This document shows, in pieces, positions 28,425 to 41,499 of a stretch of 64,000 bases of DNA. Both the position numbers and the translations under genes were made by a program. Positions within the stretch are counted from its first letter, which is position 1. Each line of letters starts with the position of its first letter. Source of the stretch: Centroscyllium fabricii (taxonomy: Eukaryota); contig JBNRSN020000007.1 of the NCBI GenBank assembly GCA_051313645.2, positions 87,792,001 to 87,856,000 of the forward strand, in the 5' to 3' direction. Below the pieces are notes generated by a model. It was not told the DNA's origin. It saw only the letters and a program-made list of their open reading frames with translations, and made no database searches.

Positions 28425-28582
28425 AGGCAGGAGGGTGGCGCGGGTCGGGGGGGGGGGAAGGAGGGTGGCGCGGGTCGGGGGGGGGGGGGGGGGGGGGGAG
28501 GAGGGTGGCGCGGGTCGGGAAGGAGGAAGGCGCGGGTCGGGTCGGTGGGGGGAAAGGAGGGTGACGCGGGTCGGCGGGGGGG
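28425..28582 (+). repeat. G-rich minisatellite (GGAGGGTGGCGCGGGTCGGG-like units), potential G-quadruplex
   Basis: About five degenerate units separated by G runs. Confidence 0.85.
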
Positions 28583-28614
28583 CAATTTATCAATCCCCTG
28601 TTTTGCTTTCAATT

Positions 28615-28818
28615 GTAAGAGGTCACACGGCGCCAGGCTGTGGTCCAACGGTTTTAGTTGGGGTCACGGGCTTTCGGAGCGCCGCTTCCCCGTCAGGTGA
28701 TGGGGGAGCGGCGCTCCGAAGGCCCGTGATTTCGAGTGGGACTTTTGGACTACAGCCTGGTGCTGTGTGGCTTCTTACAATTGTCCATCCCAGTACAACA
28801 CCAGCACCTCCACATCAT
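28615..28818 (+). mobile_element. Penelope-like inverted insert, A>G hypermutated
   Basis: Aligns by eye to 22671-22848 and 42480-42774 with the same 3' tail. TTCAATT occurs on both flanks. Confidence 0.78.
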
Positions 28819-29231
28819 GGCTTCAATTACAGTTATCGATAAAATAACCGGCGGCCGTATTGAATTATCTGCGCATGCGGTAACCTTCCGGCGACGCATG
28901 CGCAGATCATTCAAAACACCCGCAGCTGTTTTGAATGATCTGCGCATGCGCTCGGCGCATGCGCAGATCATTCGTTGAAGCCACGATGGCGGCTGCCATT
29001 TTGCGCATGCGCAGTGCAGTCGGGGCAATTTGTGCCGGCAGACTGAAGCTGCCGGCTATTCGGTTACCGGATTAACGGTGCTCAACCTGTACTACACTTG
29101 TTCAGTCAGAATGCTCCAGTCATCTCTGGTGCCAAGGGATACAGCAGATTATTTTTCTTGGTTGCTCTCCAGTCAATGCATCTACCAGTCAGGATAATGG
29201 ATTGCTATCATGAATGATCTGTGAAAGTTTA

Positions 29232-29399
<168 letters not shown>

Positions 29400-29468
29400 T
29401 CAGTTAACTAGTTTTCATTATGAATATAATTTAAAAAATCTTACTATGAATCTCAATTGAATTAGATA

Positions 29469-29741
29469 CAGGTACACAACCCCTTATCCGAAACCCTTGG
29501 GACCAGATGTTTTTCGGATTTCGGTATTTTGCTATTTTCACAGTGAAATTAAACTCAAAATCACAAAAAATATCAGAGAGCAGCAGACTGGTAGAAGCGC
29601 TGAGACACAACTGACGCCTCAAACCTGCGTGGATCAAGCGTCAGCCCATGTTTGGCGTAACTCGGGTCAGGTCGTGCACACGAGTGACGCTCCACGAAAA
29701 AACTTTGGTTTTCAGATTTCGGTTAAGGGGTTGTGTACCTG
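29469..29741. mobile_element. Tigger-like MITE, family C
   Basis: TA|CAGGTACACAACCCCTTA...TAAGGGGTTGTGTACCTG|TA. Confidence 0.87.
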
Positions 29742-31160
29742 TACCGATAATTACATCGCCAATTTTTCTCTGCGCATTCAACCAATTTGCTGCCAAAACG
29801 TACACGCTCAACCATTCTTCCTGGCAAGCCGTCTGTTCGTCACCTTCTATATATTTTTTTTTCCTGTGTCTTAAATTGGTCATTCACAACCCTGATCCTG
29901 TGTCTTGCCCACTACTGCTGTAGCTTATCTGAAAGTATTATTCCAAGTTACGTCCTCCATCCTAAATATTTCACATCAAAAAAAGCCCTCAGATGTCTTT
30001 CCAGGGATGGAAGGCCATAGCTATTTAACTTGTTCCACATATCTCTTTTGACATTGAAACTAGCCTTGTTGCTATCCTGCAATCCCTCAAGGTGGCTGGC
30101 GTATTGCATGCTCTCTTTTCACTATGCCGAAAACACATATCCTTTGCTTGGGACAACAGCTACTGGAAAAGAAGTACGTGGAGACCGTTTGAGAATACAT
30201 TCTCATATAACCAGGATTTAGTGTCTACCATAACTGGATTAGGCATGTCATCTTGGAGCCAACTTGACAACAGAAAGACCCTATTAAACTTCTCTTATTT
30301 CCCCGACCTGCCAAACAGGAAAGCAAGTACAGGTTTGAACCTTCACTAGAAGGATGGAGACTAGATTACCTCGAGAGCGCCGAACTGTTGTTGTGGCGGT
30401 CCCACATTTTCAACTTGTGGAATCATTATTCAACATGGCAATCGCCGTTTCTGTGCTTTGGTCAAGGGCATGAAGGCACTCACACAATTTACAGCAATTT
30501 GTACTGCTCATCATGCAGATCTGGAGGTGCCTCGTATCTTCTGTTCCTCTAGTGAAGGCTCAAACCTGCACTTGCCACCTCCTGGTTAGTAAATTTCCCC
30601 ATTCACTAACCAGGAGGATAGGGAGAAGATAAATTGGATCGTTATGGGGTCGAGTTTGCTTCAAAATGACATGCTCACTTATGGAAGATTGGAACTGAGC
30701 CAAACCTCCATGGCAGACTTGAAAATGATACCTGCGCAAAGCAGGTACTCTGGAGCATTGTTGATGACTGACTGGGCAGCTTAGCTCGTTAATAGGATCT
30801 GAAAGGATGAACTAGCGGTTGGGATTTTTCCCCACTCAGTGCTAGATAATCCTGTCAGAAACTGTGCTATAGGTAGAGCAGTCCTAGATGGGCATGAAGT
30901 GGGAAGTTTACCAATGCTGTGTTCACCAACTGAAGCCATTTCCAGCACAAGGTTGCATCAAAGAGACTGAAAATAAGTATGTCCAAAGTAGAATAATAAA
31001 TTGACAGTAACAGAATTTAATTCAGAAAGCAAAATAAAAGCCATGCAAGGTGGCGTTGCAGGTTACTAAATTTACATGACAAATTGGAATGGGAGTGGTT
31101 AACCAAATATCTTTACACCTGGAAACTGGGGTTTTACAGTAAGACCAAAAATGTCTGCTA

Positions 31161-31463
<303 letters not shown>

Positions 31464-31609
31464 TTAAACACCGATTTTTTCTTCTTCTTCCTCTTAAAGT
31501 CAAATGCAGCGACGCCCACATCCCAGGAACAAATAAAAATAAAGTCTATTTACTCTGAAAGCAGGTTGTTAAACTATCTGTGCTCATTTTGACATCATTA
31601 CAATTTTTT

Positions 31610-32018
31610 AAAATTCGTTTATGTGATGTGGGTGTCGCTGGCAAGGCCAGCATTTATTGCCCATCCCTAATTGTCCTAAGATGGTGGTGAGCCACCTTCT
31701 TGAACCGCTGTAGTCTGTGTGGTGAAGGTACTCCCACAGTGCTGTTGGGGAGGGAGTTCCAGGATTTTGACCCAGTGACGATGAAGGATCGGCGATATAC
31801 TTCTAAGTCAGGATGTGTGTGACTTGGAGGGGAACTTGGAGGTGGTGGTGTTCCCATGCGCCTGCTGCCCCTGTCCTTCTAGGTGGAAGAAGTCGCGGGT
31901 TTGGGAGGTGCTCCCGAAGAAGCCTTGGCGAGTTGCTGCAGTGCATCTTGTAGATGGTGCACACTGCAGCCACGGTACGCCGGTTATGGAGGGAGTAAAT
32001 GTTTAAGGTGGTGGATGA
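31610..32018 (-). mobile_element. 3' fragment of the same LINE family as 1435-1940
   Basis: TTLNIYSLHNRRTVAAVCTIYKMHCSNSPRLL, nearly the same as the 1411..1941 ORF. Confidence 0.85.
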
Positions 32019-32107
32019 TACAATGATACAACTAAACATTTTAAAAGGGAGTTTGTTGCATTCCCAATTGAAGAGGCTTATAAAGTGGATATACATTCTG
32101 TTCATTA

Positions 32108-32323
<216 letters not shown>

Positions 32324-32354
32324 TCACCATGTCAACAGTCTCTTGGCAATGCAC

Positions 32355-33120
32355 CTGTGGGATTAACATCAACAACATGGATTTATAGAGTGCCTTTAAT
32401 GTAGGAAAATGTCCCAAGTCAGTTCACAGGTGGTTATCAAACAAAATTTGACATGAGCCACTTAAGATGACATTAGGATACTCTTATTTCTCTCTTCATG
32501 GATGTTGCCTGAACTGCTGAGGTTTTCCAGCATTTTCTGCTGTTATTTAGGATAGAGGACCAAAAGCTTGATCTAAGCAGTAGGTTTCAAGGAGGAGAGA
32601 GGTAGTGAGGTTTAAGATGGGAATTCCAGCACTTAGGGACCAAGCAGCTGACAGCATGGACGCCAATGGCAAAGCGATAAAAATCAGGGACGCGCAAGAT
32701 GCCAGACTGGAGGAACCCAGAGATCTCGGGGTTGTAGGGCAGGAGGAGGTTAGAGATAGGGAGGGGTGAGACCATAGAACAAGAATGAGAATTTTAACAA
32801 TTGAACCAAGGGCCAATGAAGGTCAGCGAGCACAGGGGTGATGGGTGAACAGGGCTTGGTGTGAGTTAGGATACAGGCAGCAGAGTTTTAGATTAACTCA
32901 AGTTTATGGAGGGTGGAAGATGGGAGGCCGGCCAGGAGAGCGTTGGAATAGTCAAGTCTAGAGGTAGCAAAGGCATGGATAAGGGTTTCAGCAGCAGATG
33001 CACTGAGGCAGGGGCGGAGTCGGGCCATGCTACGGAGGTGGAAGAAGGCGATCTTGGTGATGGCGCATATATGTGGTTGGAAGCTCATCTCAGGGTCAAA
33101 TACGACACCAAGGTTGCACA
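32355..33120 (-). mobile_element. L2 LINE 3' fragment
   Basis: NLGVVFDPEMSF...LIHAFATSRLDYSNALLAGLP. Confidence 0.85.
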
Positions 33121-33153
33121 TAAATTACCAACATCTAACAGTGTCTTGGAAAT

Positions 33154-33520
33154 GGACGACACGGTGGCACAGTGGTTAGTACTGCTGCCTCGCAATAAGG
33201 ACCTTCTGGGTTCGAATCCTGCTTGGCCCGGGACCCCTCTGCGTGGAGTTTGCATGTTCTTTCCGTGTTCCTGTGGGTTTCCTCCGGGTACTCCGGTTTC
33301 CTCCCACCACCCAAAGACATGCAGGTTAGGTGAATTGGAGATGCTACAAAATTGCCCATGAGTATGTGTGTGAGATATAGCTCTTAGAGTTGGGGGTGCC
33401 GGGCGATATGGGGAGAGGGTAGGAGGGGGATGCTGGGTTTTGGATGATCAGCCATGATCTCACTGAATGGCGGAGCAGGCTCGAAGGGCCGAATGGCCTA
33501 CTCCTGCTCCTATTTTCTGT
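33154..33520 (+). mobile_element. tRNA-derived SINE (V-SINE/HE1-like) with a CR1 3' tail
   Basis: A box TGGCACAGTGG, B box GGTTCGAATCC, V-domain-like GTGGAGTTTGCATGTTCT, CR1 tail GGCTCGAAGGGCCGAATGGCCTACTCC. Confidence 0.85.
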
Positions 33521-36099
33521 GCAATCTGTGAAATAACATTCTCCTCATAATCACCCAGCAAGTTTTGTACGGCAATGCACACCTCACAGCATGGACAAGG
33601 AGGTATCCACGAGATCTGGAATATCTTTACAGGCTGAGTGAGTTTGCCAAACCAATGTAAAATTGGGGCAATCTGTGTTGTTGGTCCATGCCGCAGTGAA
33701 CTAGGTTGAGACTGGTCAAATTCATTTAACGCAAGTCCCGCCTGACAAGAGTTGCTGTACCCTATCAACCGAAGGAGAAATCTTTGGCTTAGTAGCAGTA
33801 TTCCTGTCTCTGAGTCAGAAGGTGCAAGGTCCGAACCGCACTCCAGACAGTTCCAGCGAGTTGAGATCTGGCTCTTAGTTCTGGGTGGATATCTAGTGGG
33901 GATGCTCGCATCCTGTGGACGTGGGTGCAAGTGACCACCTCCTTATATGGATTGTGGGAGCCCATAAAACCCTCCCACGGAACAGGACCAACTGCCCTAT
34001 CTGCTGGTATAAAGATGGTTATGGTCGTGAAAGGAACATTTACACCTATGAATCTTTCCACTACGTCACACTATTTTCTAAAGGGAAGAGTGAGATGCTA
34101 TTAAAAATTTGCATCTCATCAGTGTGGACGGAATTCAAATTCAGTTCCAAAGCTGAAAGGCAAATATCTAAACCATCTGCACCACCCAGTCTTTTCATAA
34201 ACAGTTAGTGACATTTGGAATCCTACCTTAAACTGAAGGCAGGGAAGTCATTCACGGCTAACATTTATATGAAGAATAGTTTTATTGTAATAAAACAAGT
34301 CAACTTTTTCTGTTACATGGGATTACTTGATTTGTCAACGTTTTGGGAATTGTAATCAGTTTGTTTCTATGTGAAAACCGCAAAGCAAAAAGAAGAGGTT
34401 TGAACTGTACGCACAGAACTAGAAGACAATTAGGAATCTAGCAAACCTTAAGTGAGAGTAGATACATGAAAGAAACGAATCTTTTTCCTAGAATGCGAGA
34501 TTTTACGCTGAATAAACCCCCACCAAAACTTTATAAAGCTATTTAAACTGTTTAAAGAGCTGGTCAACTAAGAAAAAGAATTATATATAAACTGTAGAAT
34601 TTCCAGTTCTGTGAAGACCAAATGGACTACCATCTGTGTGATTCAACTAGTTAGACTGCGATGTTACTGAGTTCCTCATGCTGTCCTCAGATATCAGTCA
34701 GGGGAAAACATCTCTTAAGTGTTACTTGCTGTTCACCTGCCTCAGATCAAAGAGTCCAGAACAGTGCAAATGGTATCTGGATAATTCTGCTGGTTGGAAG
34801 GGTCAAGAGTACCTGTTATAGTACTAAGCCATACAGACTGTGCATATAAATGGGCTGCACCTGATACATCTAGAAGAAAAACATAAAGGAACCTTCTTTT
34901 AAGTTAACATGGCTGAAAAAATAAAGTTTTAGGGTGTGTTTAAAAGGCAGCTGCCAGTCTTAAACCAGTAGCAATTCCATGCAGGCAGTACCCAATTTAT
35001 ACTGCCTGGCTTCTTTGCAATCGTGCCGAGAAAGCTCAACACATGCACAATTACAGGCATAGACAGAGCTCCAGTCCATTTGGTTAAAATTTAAATGTTT
35101 GAGTGTAGATGGAAGCGCCTTTATGCTCTAGGTATTTACATGAACTCTGTCTAATTTAAGGAGCGCGCCCTGCTGTTTTAAGCCAGGATTGAGGTGGCGG
35201 CACTGGAATTGTACTCCATGCAATGTAAACTGCCTTCTTCAGGGAGATCTAGCACCACTTCATTTCAGAACCAGACACCGAAGTTATACTGCAATTTTAT
35301 CATTGGTTCCACTTCACAGCAACAGTAAAGTTGCACTATAAACACGCCTTTATTATGGTTAGTGTTAGCATTCTTGTCAGTCAAGGTCACTCAATTCAAC
35401 TGTCCCAGAACTGTGATATCTAAATGTCAACTCCTTTTCCACATAATCATTCCACTCTCCTGTTGTCGGAGTCTGAACACAGCTTCTGAACAAGATCCAG
35501 CTTTGACAACAATGCCAAATTGCATGTTAATACCACTCACATATAATGGTGTAAATGGGCAAGTGCCCATTTTATGCTAGTGGTAATTACCAGAGTAATA
35601 CTACACGCAATTCAGCCAATTTATTCTGTACTTTTTGTTGAGGGTCTGTTAAATGGGTAACTTGTTAAAGTTCGATACAAAAGGCCTTTTCTCATTTCAC
35701 AATTAACGTTTGAATGAACGGTCTAGAGGCCACTTTAATAAGATGGCATTTCCCGTGAATACAAACAAAAGTTGCTGAGAATTTTGTGTTAGTTCTGGAA
35801 TTTTCAAGAGGGCTAGATTTGCAAAGGTGGCAGAGGACTTGAATTGGGTCAAAGGGGCAAGCAACCCTTCTGGGTGGGGCTATTACTAAACAGAAGAGAA
35901 ACAAAAGGAAATTTGTCCCTAGAGTGTAAAGGGCACACCTGGTAAAACAAAATAACTGGTCATGTGCAAGGACAAATCAGACTGAAGCAAAAATGTTTAC
36001 AGACTAAAAGGAGAGTAGGGATAGCGATCAGGCTCAGCTAAAGGCAATAGAAAATGCCATCAAAGTAGCCAAAAGGTAATTGCAGAAGTAGACAGCGGA

Positions 36100-37050
36100 T
36101 AACAGCAGTAACAATAATAAAATCATTTTTAGCTAGGTTAGGAGTCAGAGGGCGATTGAGGATGCCGTGGGCCGTTGAAGGAACCCTCAGGGCAGTTTCA
36201 GGTGAACCCCCGAGGATATGGCAGAGGTTTTACATGGCTACATCGAATCAATCTTCACTCCAGTAGACAATGCTCAATTACCAGTAATACAATGTTCAGT
36301 TTACTCTAAAGCTGCAAATGTCAAAGTGGACACATATATAATGCTGGAGCGAATAAGGGGTCTCAAAATAAATCAGGCTGCTGGTCTCGTCAGAATTTAA
36401 CCAAGAATACTCAAAAATGGGGGCCTGTGCTCAATTAGCCATTTTCTTATATATTTAACAGCTCGCCAGTGTCAAAGATTGTTCCTGTGGACTGGAGAGA
36501 TGCTCATGTTGAACAAATATTCAAAAAGGGTAACAAGTCAAAGCCTGTAAATTATTGGTTGAAATAAAAACAAAAAATGCTGGAAATACTCAGCAGGTCA
36601 GGCAGCACCTGTAGAGAAACAAACATTTCAGGTCGCTGACTTTTTGTCTGAATTATAGGTTGACATTGTCTACTTGGATTTTTCAAAAACCCTTTGACAA
36701 GATGCCACACCATAGGCTACTTTATAGGACATAGTCCTGGGGCACTGAAGGGCAAACCTTGGTTGGATAAGATTTTACTCTTATAGACAGGAGGTTGTTA
36801 TTAACGGTAGTGATAGGATGCGGAGGCCGGTTACTCGTAAGGTCCCACAGGAATCAGTGATAGGATCGTTGCTCTTCGCAACTAGGATCTAGATGAAGAT
36901 GTTGGGAAAACTGTGCGCAATTTTACAATTGGCACATTTCTAAGTGTTCGAAACTTGGATGAGAGAAACAACTACAATCAGAGCTGGAATCAATGGCGGA
37001 ATGAGCCTGCATCTGGCAGCTGTAATTTAATATAGATAAATGTAAGTGGT
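36100..37050 (+). mobile_element. Old CR1 RT remnants
   Basis: Degenerate YLDFSK..DK and VPQESV.G motifs. Confidence 0.65.
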
Positions 37051-37054
37051 ACAG

Positions 37055-38315
37055 AGGCCTAGGTGTTCCATTGCAGTCAGAATCAGGGGAATCTATAATG
37101 GGGAACAAAGAAATGGGGGACCAATTAAATGCATACTTCACAAAGTATGTCACAAATAACCTCCCAGGGATGTCGGGGAACATAGGATCTAACGAGAGGG
37201 AGGAATTGAATGAAATCAGTATTTGTAGGGAAATGGTTTTGGGGAAATTGACGGGATTGAAGGCCGATAAATCCCCAGTGCCTAATAATCTACATCCTAG
37301 GGTATTTAAGGAAGTGGCCCTAGAAATAGTAGATGCATTGCTGGTCATCTTCCAAAATTCGATAGATTCTGGAACAGTACCCATCGATTGGAGGGTAGCT
37401 AATGCAACCCCACTATTAAAATAGGTGGTAGAGAGAAAGCGGGGAATTAAGCCTGACATCGGTAGTGGGGAAAATGCTAGAGTCCATTATAAAAGATGTA
37501 ATAGCAGAGCACTTGGAAAACAGTGACAGGATCGGACAAAGTCAACATGGATTTACAAAAGGTAAACTATGCTTGATTAAGCTACCGGAATTTTTTGAGG
37601 ATTAACTGGTAGAATAGATAAGGGAGAACCAATGGATGTGGTGTATTTGGACTTTCAAAAGGCTTTCGATAAGGTCCCGCATAAGAGATTAGCGTGTAAA
37701 GTTAAGGCACATGGGATTGGGGGCAAGGTATTGACTTGGATAGAGAACTGGTTGGCAGACAGGAAGCAGAGTTGTAATAAACGGGTCTTTTCCCGAGTGG
37801 CAGGCAGTGACTACTGGGGTACCGCAGGGATCAGTCCTAGGACCCCAGCTATTCACAATATATATTAATGATCTAGACGAGGAAACTAGATGTAATATCT
37901 CCAAGTTTGGAGACGACACAAAGCTGGGTTGGTGTGTGTGCTGTGAGGAGGATGCCGAGAAACTCCAGTATGATTTGGACAGGTTGGGTGATTGGGCAGA
38001 TGCAGTATAATGTGGATAAAGGCAAGGTTGGTGGCAAAAACAGGAAGGCAGATTATCTGAACGGCAATAGATTGGGAGAAGGGGTAGTGCAATGAAACCT
38101 GGGTGTCCTTGTACACCAGTCGCTGAAGGTAAGCATGCAGGTGCAGCAGGCGGTTAAGACGACAAATGGCATGTTGGCCTTTGTAGCGATAGGGTTAGAG
38201 TACAGGAGCAAGGATGTCTTTCTGCAGTTGTACAGGGCCTTGGTGAGACCACACCTTGAGTATTGTGCTCGAAGGGCCGAATGGCCTACTCCTGCTCCTA
38301 TCTTCTATGTTTCTA
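37055..38315 (+). mobile_element. CR1 ORF2 fragment with an internal deletion before the tail
   Basis: DVVYLDFQKAFDKVPH and [17 protein letters not shown] is joined directly to the 3' tail. Confidence 0.92.
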
Positions 38316-38699
38316 ATCCAACATAGACACTTATAAAGAAATAAAAAGGACAAACAGGAAAATACTAACTGGTCCACAGAACCTGTCCCATACGGTCATG
38401 GTACAATTAAATACAGGTATAATGAATTACCAGCACCCCTCCCACCCTACCAGCAGCGACATCATCTCCTGACAGCAGCAAAGAAGAATTGAAAGAAAAT
38501 CCTAAGCCAATTCAGAGAGGTGAAATCTGGGAAATTTCTCAACACCCCCCAAAGGTGATCAGGTGTTCCAGGAGACCACGGTGACTAAGGCACATTGTCG
38601 AATACCCCACTTACCTTGTCCAGGACATGACATTAGTTGCAGCCAGGAACCCAACCCTTTTAAACATTTGCAGCGAATCTGCATTTACTGCACAAGCCA

Positions 38700-39172
38700 G
38701 CAATTCAGTACCCTGTCCCTGCTTTCTCCCCATATCCCTTTAGCCGAAAGAAATATATCCAACTCCTTCTTGAATATACTTAATGAATAGTCCTCTACGG
38801 CCTCCTGTGGTAGAGAATTCCACAGGTTCACCACACTCTGGGTGAAGAAATTCCTCATCTCTGTCCTAAATGGCTTACCCCTTATCCTTAGACTGTGACC
38901 CCAGTTCTGGAATCTCCGCCATCGGGAACATCCTTCCTGCATCTAGTCTGTCCAGTCCTGTTAGAATTTTATAAGTTTCAATGAGATCCCCGCTCATTCT
39001 TCTAAACTCCAGTGAGTACAAGCCCAATCGACCCAATCTCTCCTTATACGTCATTCCTGCCATCCCAGGGATCAGCCTGGTGAATCTTCGCTGCACTCCT
39101 TCCATGGCAAGAACATCCTTCCTTAGATAAGGCGACCAAAACTGCACACAATATTCAAGATGTGGTCTCACC
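38700..39172 (-). mobile_element. CR1 3' fragment
   Basis: [18 protein letters not shown] and FFTQSVVNLWNSLP. Confidence 0.9.
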
Positions 39173-39595
39173 CTGGTCTTTCATTTCTGGACCCTGGGTT
39201 CAAATCCAGTTCCAGCTCAAGGGACAAAAGTCTATTGTCTGTGTGAAGATATTGAGTAATCACAACACAGTTCTTAATGGACGGGGGAGGGGGGGGGGGG
39301 ACACGACACACAGCACAAAACTATACTAAACTGACAACTTTGCTCAGAAAGGCCACTGGTGGTTTGGGAAATATAAATACCACAGTGTTGTCATAATGAA
39401 CGCTCTTCTTAGATTTAGGCATACCTTCAATCTGCATCTGACCATGTTTACCTGACATGCTAATAAACTAAAGATTTTTCTAGCACAAAGAATGTGTTGA
39501 GTGCCCCAGCCCCCCAAAATTAATGTGATTATGACTTTCCTAATCCACTTTAAAATACCCTGATACGTTAAGGGGAAATGTGTAGCTGCATCTAA

Positions 39596-40040
39596 GAAAG
39601 AAAGACCTGCATTTATATAGCACCTTTCACAACCACCTGACGTCTCAAAGCGCTTTACAGCCAATAAAGTACTTTCAGAGTGTAGTCACCGTCGTAACAT
39701 AGGAAACACGGCAGCCAATTTGCGCATAGCAAGGTCCCACAAACAGCAATGTGATAATGACCATATAATCTGTTTTTGCTAGGTTGATTGAGGGATAAAA
39801 TATTGGCCAGGACACCAGGGATAATTCCCCTGTTCTTCTTTCAAATAGTGCCATGGGATCTTTTATGTCCACCTGAGAAAGCAGACAGGGCCTCGGTTTA
39901 ATGTCTCATCCGCAAGACAGCACCTTCAACAGTGCAGCACTCCCTCAGCACTACACTAGCGTGTCAGCCTAGATTTTTGTGCTCAAGTACCTGGAGCGGG
40001 ACTTGAACCCACAACCATCTGACTCAAAGACGGGAGTGCA
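39596..40040 (-). mobile_element. Deu-domain (SacSINE1/AmnSINE-like) SINE with an L2-type tail
   Basis: tRNA-like head (GGGTTCAAGTCC on the - strand), Deu-like core ATAGTGCCATGGGATCTTTTA, tail GCTATATAAATGCAGGTCTTTCTTTCTT. Family name recalled, not searched. Confidence 0.7.
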
Positions 40041-41499
40041 ACTAGTTACAAACAACCCTTAATTATTCTTCTCAGTCAAGTTTTCCAGAATTCTAATTAT
40101 GTGACTAGGATAGACAAGCATTTAGGTCAGTAGGACAACCAATGAGGATTTTGGCAGTGAATAGCTGAGCTGCACAAGATGTCCCAGGTTTTTTCCCTGG
40201 TCTCTTGAGTTAGCGGATCGGAGTCAAGAGCACATTTGGGGTGCTACAGCTGACGGCAGCATCCCTCGGTTATACAAGGGAACATTGGCATGGGTTGGTA
40301 GCCCAATCCCCAGCCAACATTCACTGCTGGAAGTGCAGGTGTATGGATGTTAGGAGAGATCTAGTGAGCGCAACTGTGATGCATCCTATGCTTAAACATG
40401 CCTACAGTTATGGTCAAGACTCTTGCATGGCCTTTGTCATTAGAAAGGCTCCCAAAGAGAGACAAACACCCATGGAATCGTATCCTGGCAAAAAATGAAA
40501 GCCTTCAGCAGAGAAGAAAATTATTTGCAACATTGGAATCCACTACTACATTCAGCAAGCCTAACACTAAAATTTAACCTCTGAAGGAGTTCATCCCAAC
40601 TATATCATATGATTTTATAATGACATCTCTGCCTCAATCCATTTTTTCCAAACCTACTTCCTCAGGAAACCTCTTCACTTTAGTACATATTTCATCTCCG
40701 CTACATTTACCCACATGTATTAAATTGACAAAACTCTTCCCAAGTTTACTGATAGATTTATTCCATTTACCCCCTTCCTACCAGCAACATTATTCTGCTG
40801 TGCAGACTCAATTTACCAACCTATTTGTGTACTCTCATATGGCAGGGCTATCTATTTTATTTGACCAGACAGTAAGCTATTTCAAAGTGGGTGGGTGATT
40901 TGTGAGCAGAATGTCAGCATGTTTACCATCTTGGCAAACTGACATTTTGACACAAATCAGCCAATCTGTAACATTAAAATTTTGCCAAATATCTTTTGAG
41001 ACTTTTCAGAAAAGCTATGGTATGTACAAACCCACATCGACCTATCCCTGTAGAAACCTTCAAAAAATGTTGTACAAGAAAGACATTTAAATTGATCTGT
41101 GTTGTGCATCTCTGCCCTAAAAAAATCATGCTTTTGTAATATTGATCTCATCGTAGCCTATCAGCCAGCCTGCAGATTTCACTACCTTTTTTTTTTTAAA
41201 CATCAGCTTTTTTCCCTTCCACTGACTAGGTTTATTTACATACCAATGTCCTATATCATGCTGGGAAACGAGATCTAGAATAAGGGGAACACTAATCTGG
41301 AAAGAGTCCCCATACTCACATTAACTATGAATACGTGTATGATAGCTATACATTAGTCATTTTAAAAATGAGCTGCCTTCATGCAATGTTTCTCATGCGC
41401 TCTCCCCTGGTAACTTCCTAGAACTTGCACTGATCTGCATTGACGCCATTTCTCCTTCACTCTCCCCCTCTGAAGTGTAGCTCAGATTTCAGGCTAATG

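Larger units (their letters stand above)
28156..29089. mobile_element. Family A MITE in OGT intron 4, containing a G-rich minisatellite and a nested Penelope-like insert
   Basis: TA|CAGGTTGAGCACCGTTAATC...GATTAACGGTGCTCAACCTG|TA. Confidence 0.9.

Noticed and set aside
28375-28842. Pro-rich and Gly/Arg-rich ORFs
   Set aside because: Translations of a G-rich minisatellite inside a MITE.
30370-30966. Cassette exon in OGT intron 3 (TTTTCAG| acceptor, GAG|GTAATC donor)
   Set aside because: About 600 nt, no ORF, and such splice-like words are common by chance.
33154-33230. tRNA gene
   Set aside because: A and B boxes run on into a SINE body with a LINE tail and there is no full cloverleaf. The same applies at ~45230 and ~3450.
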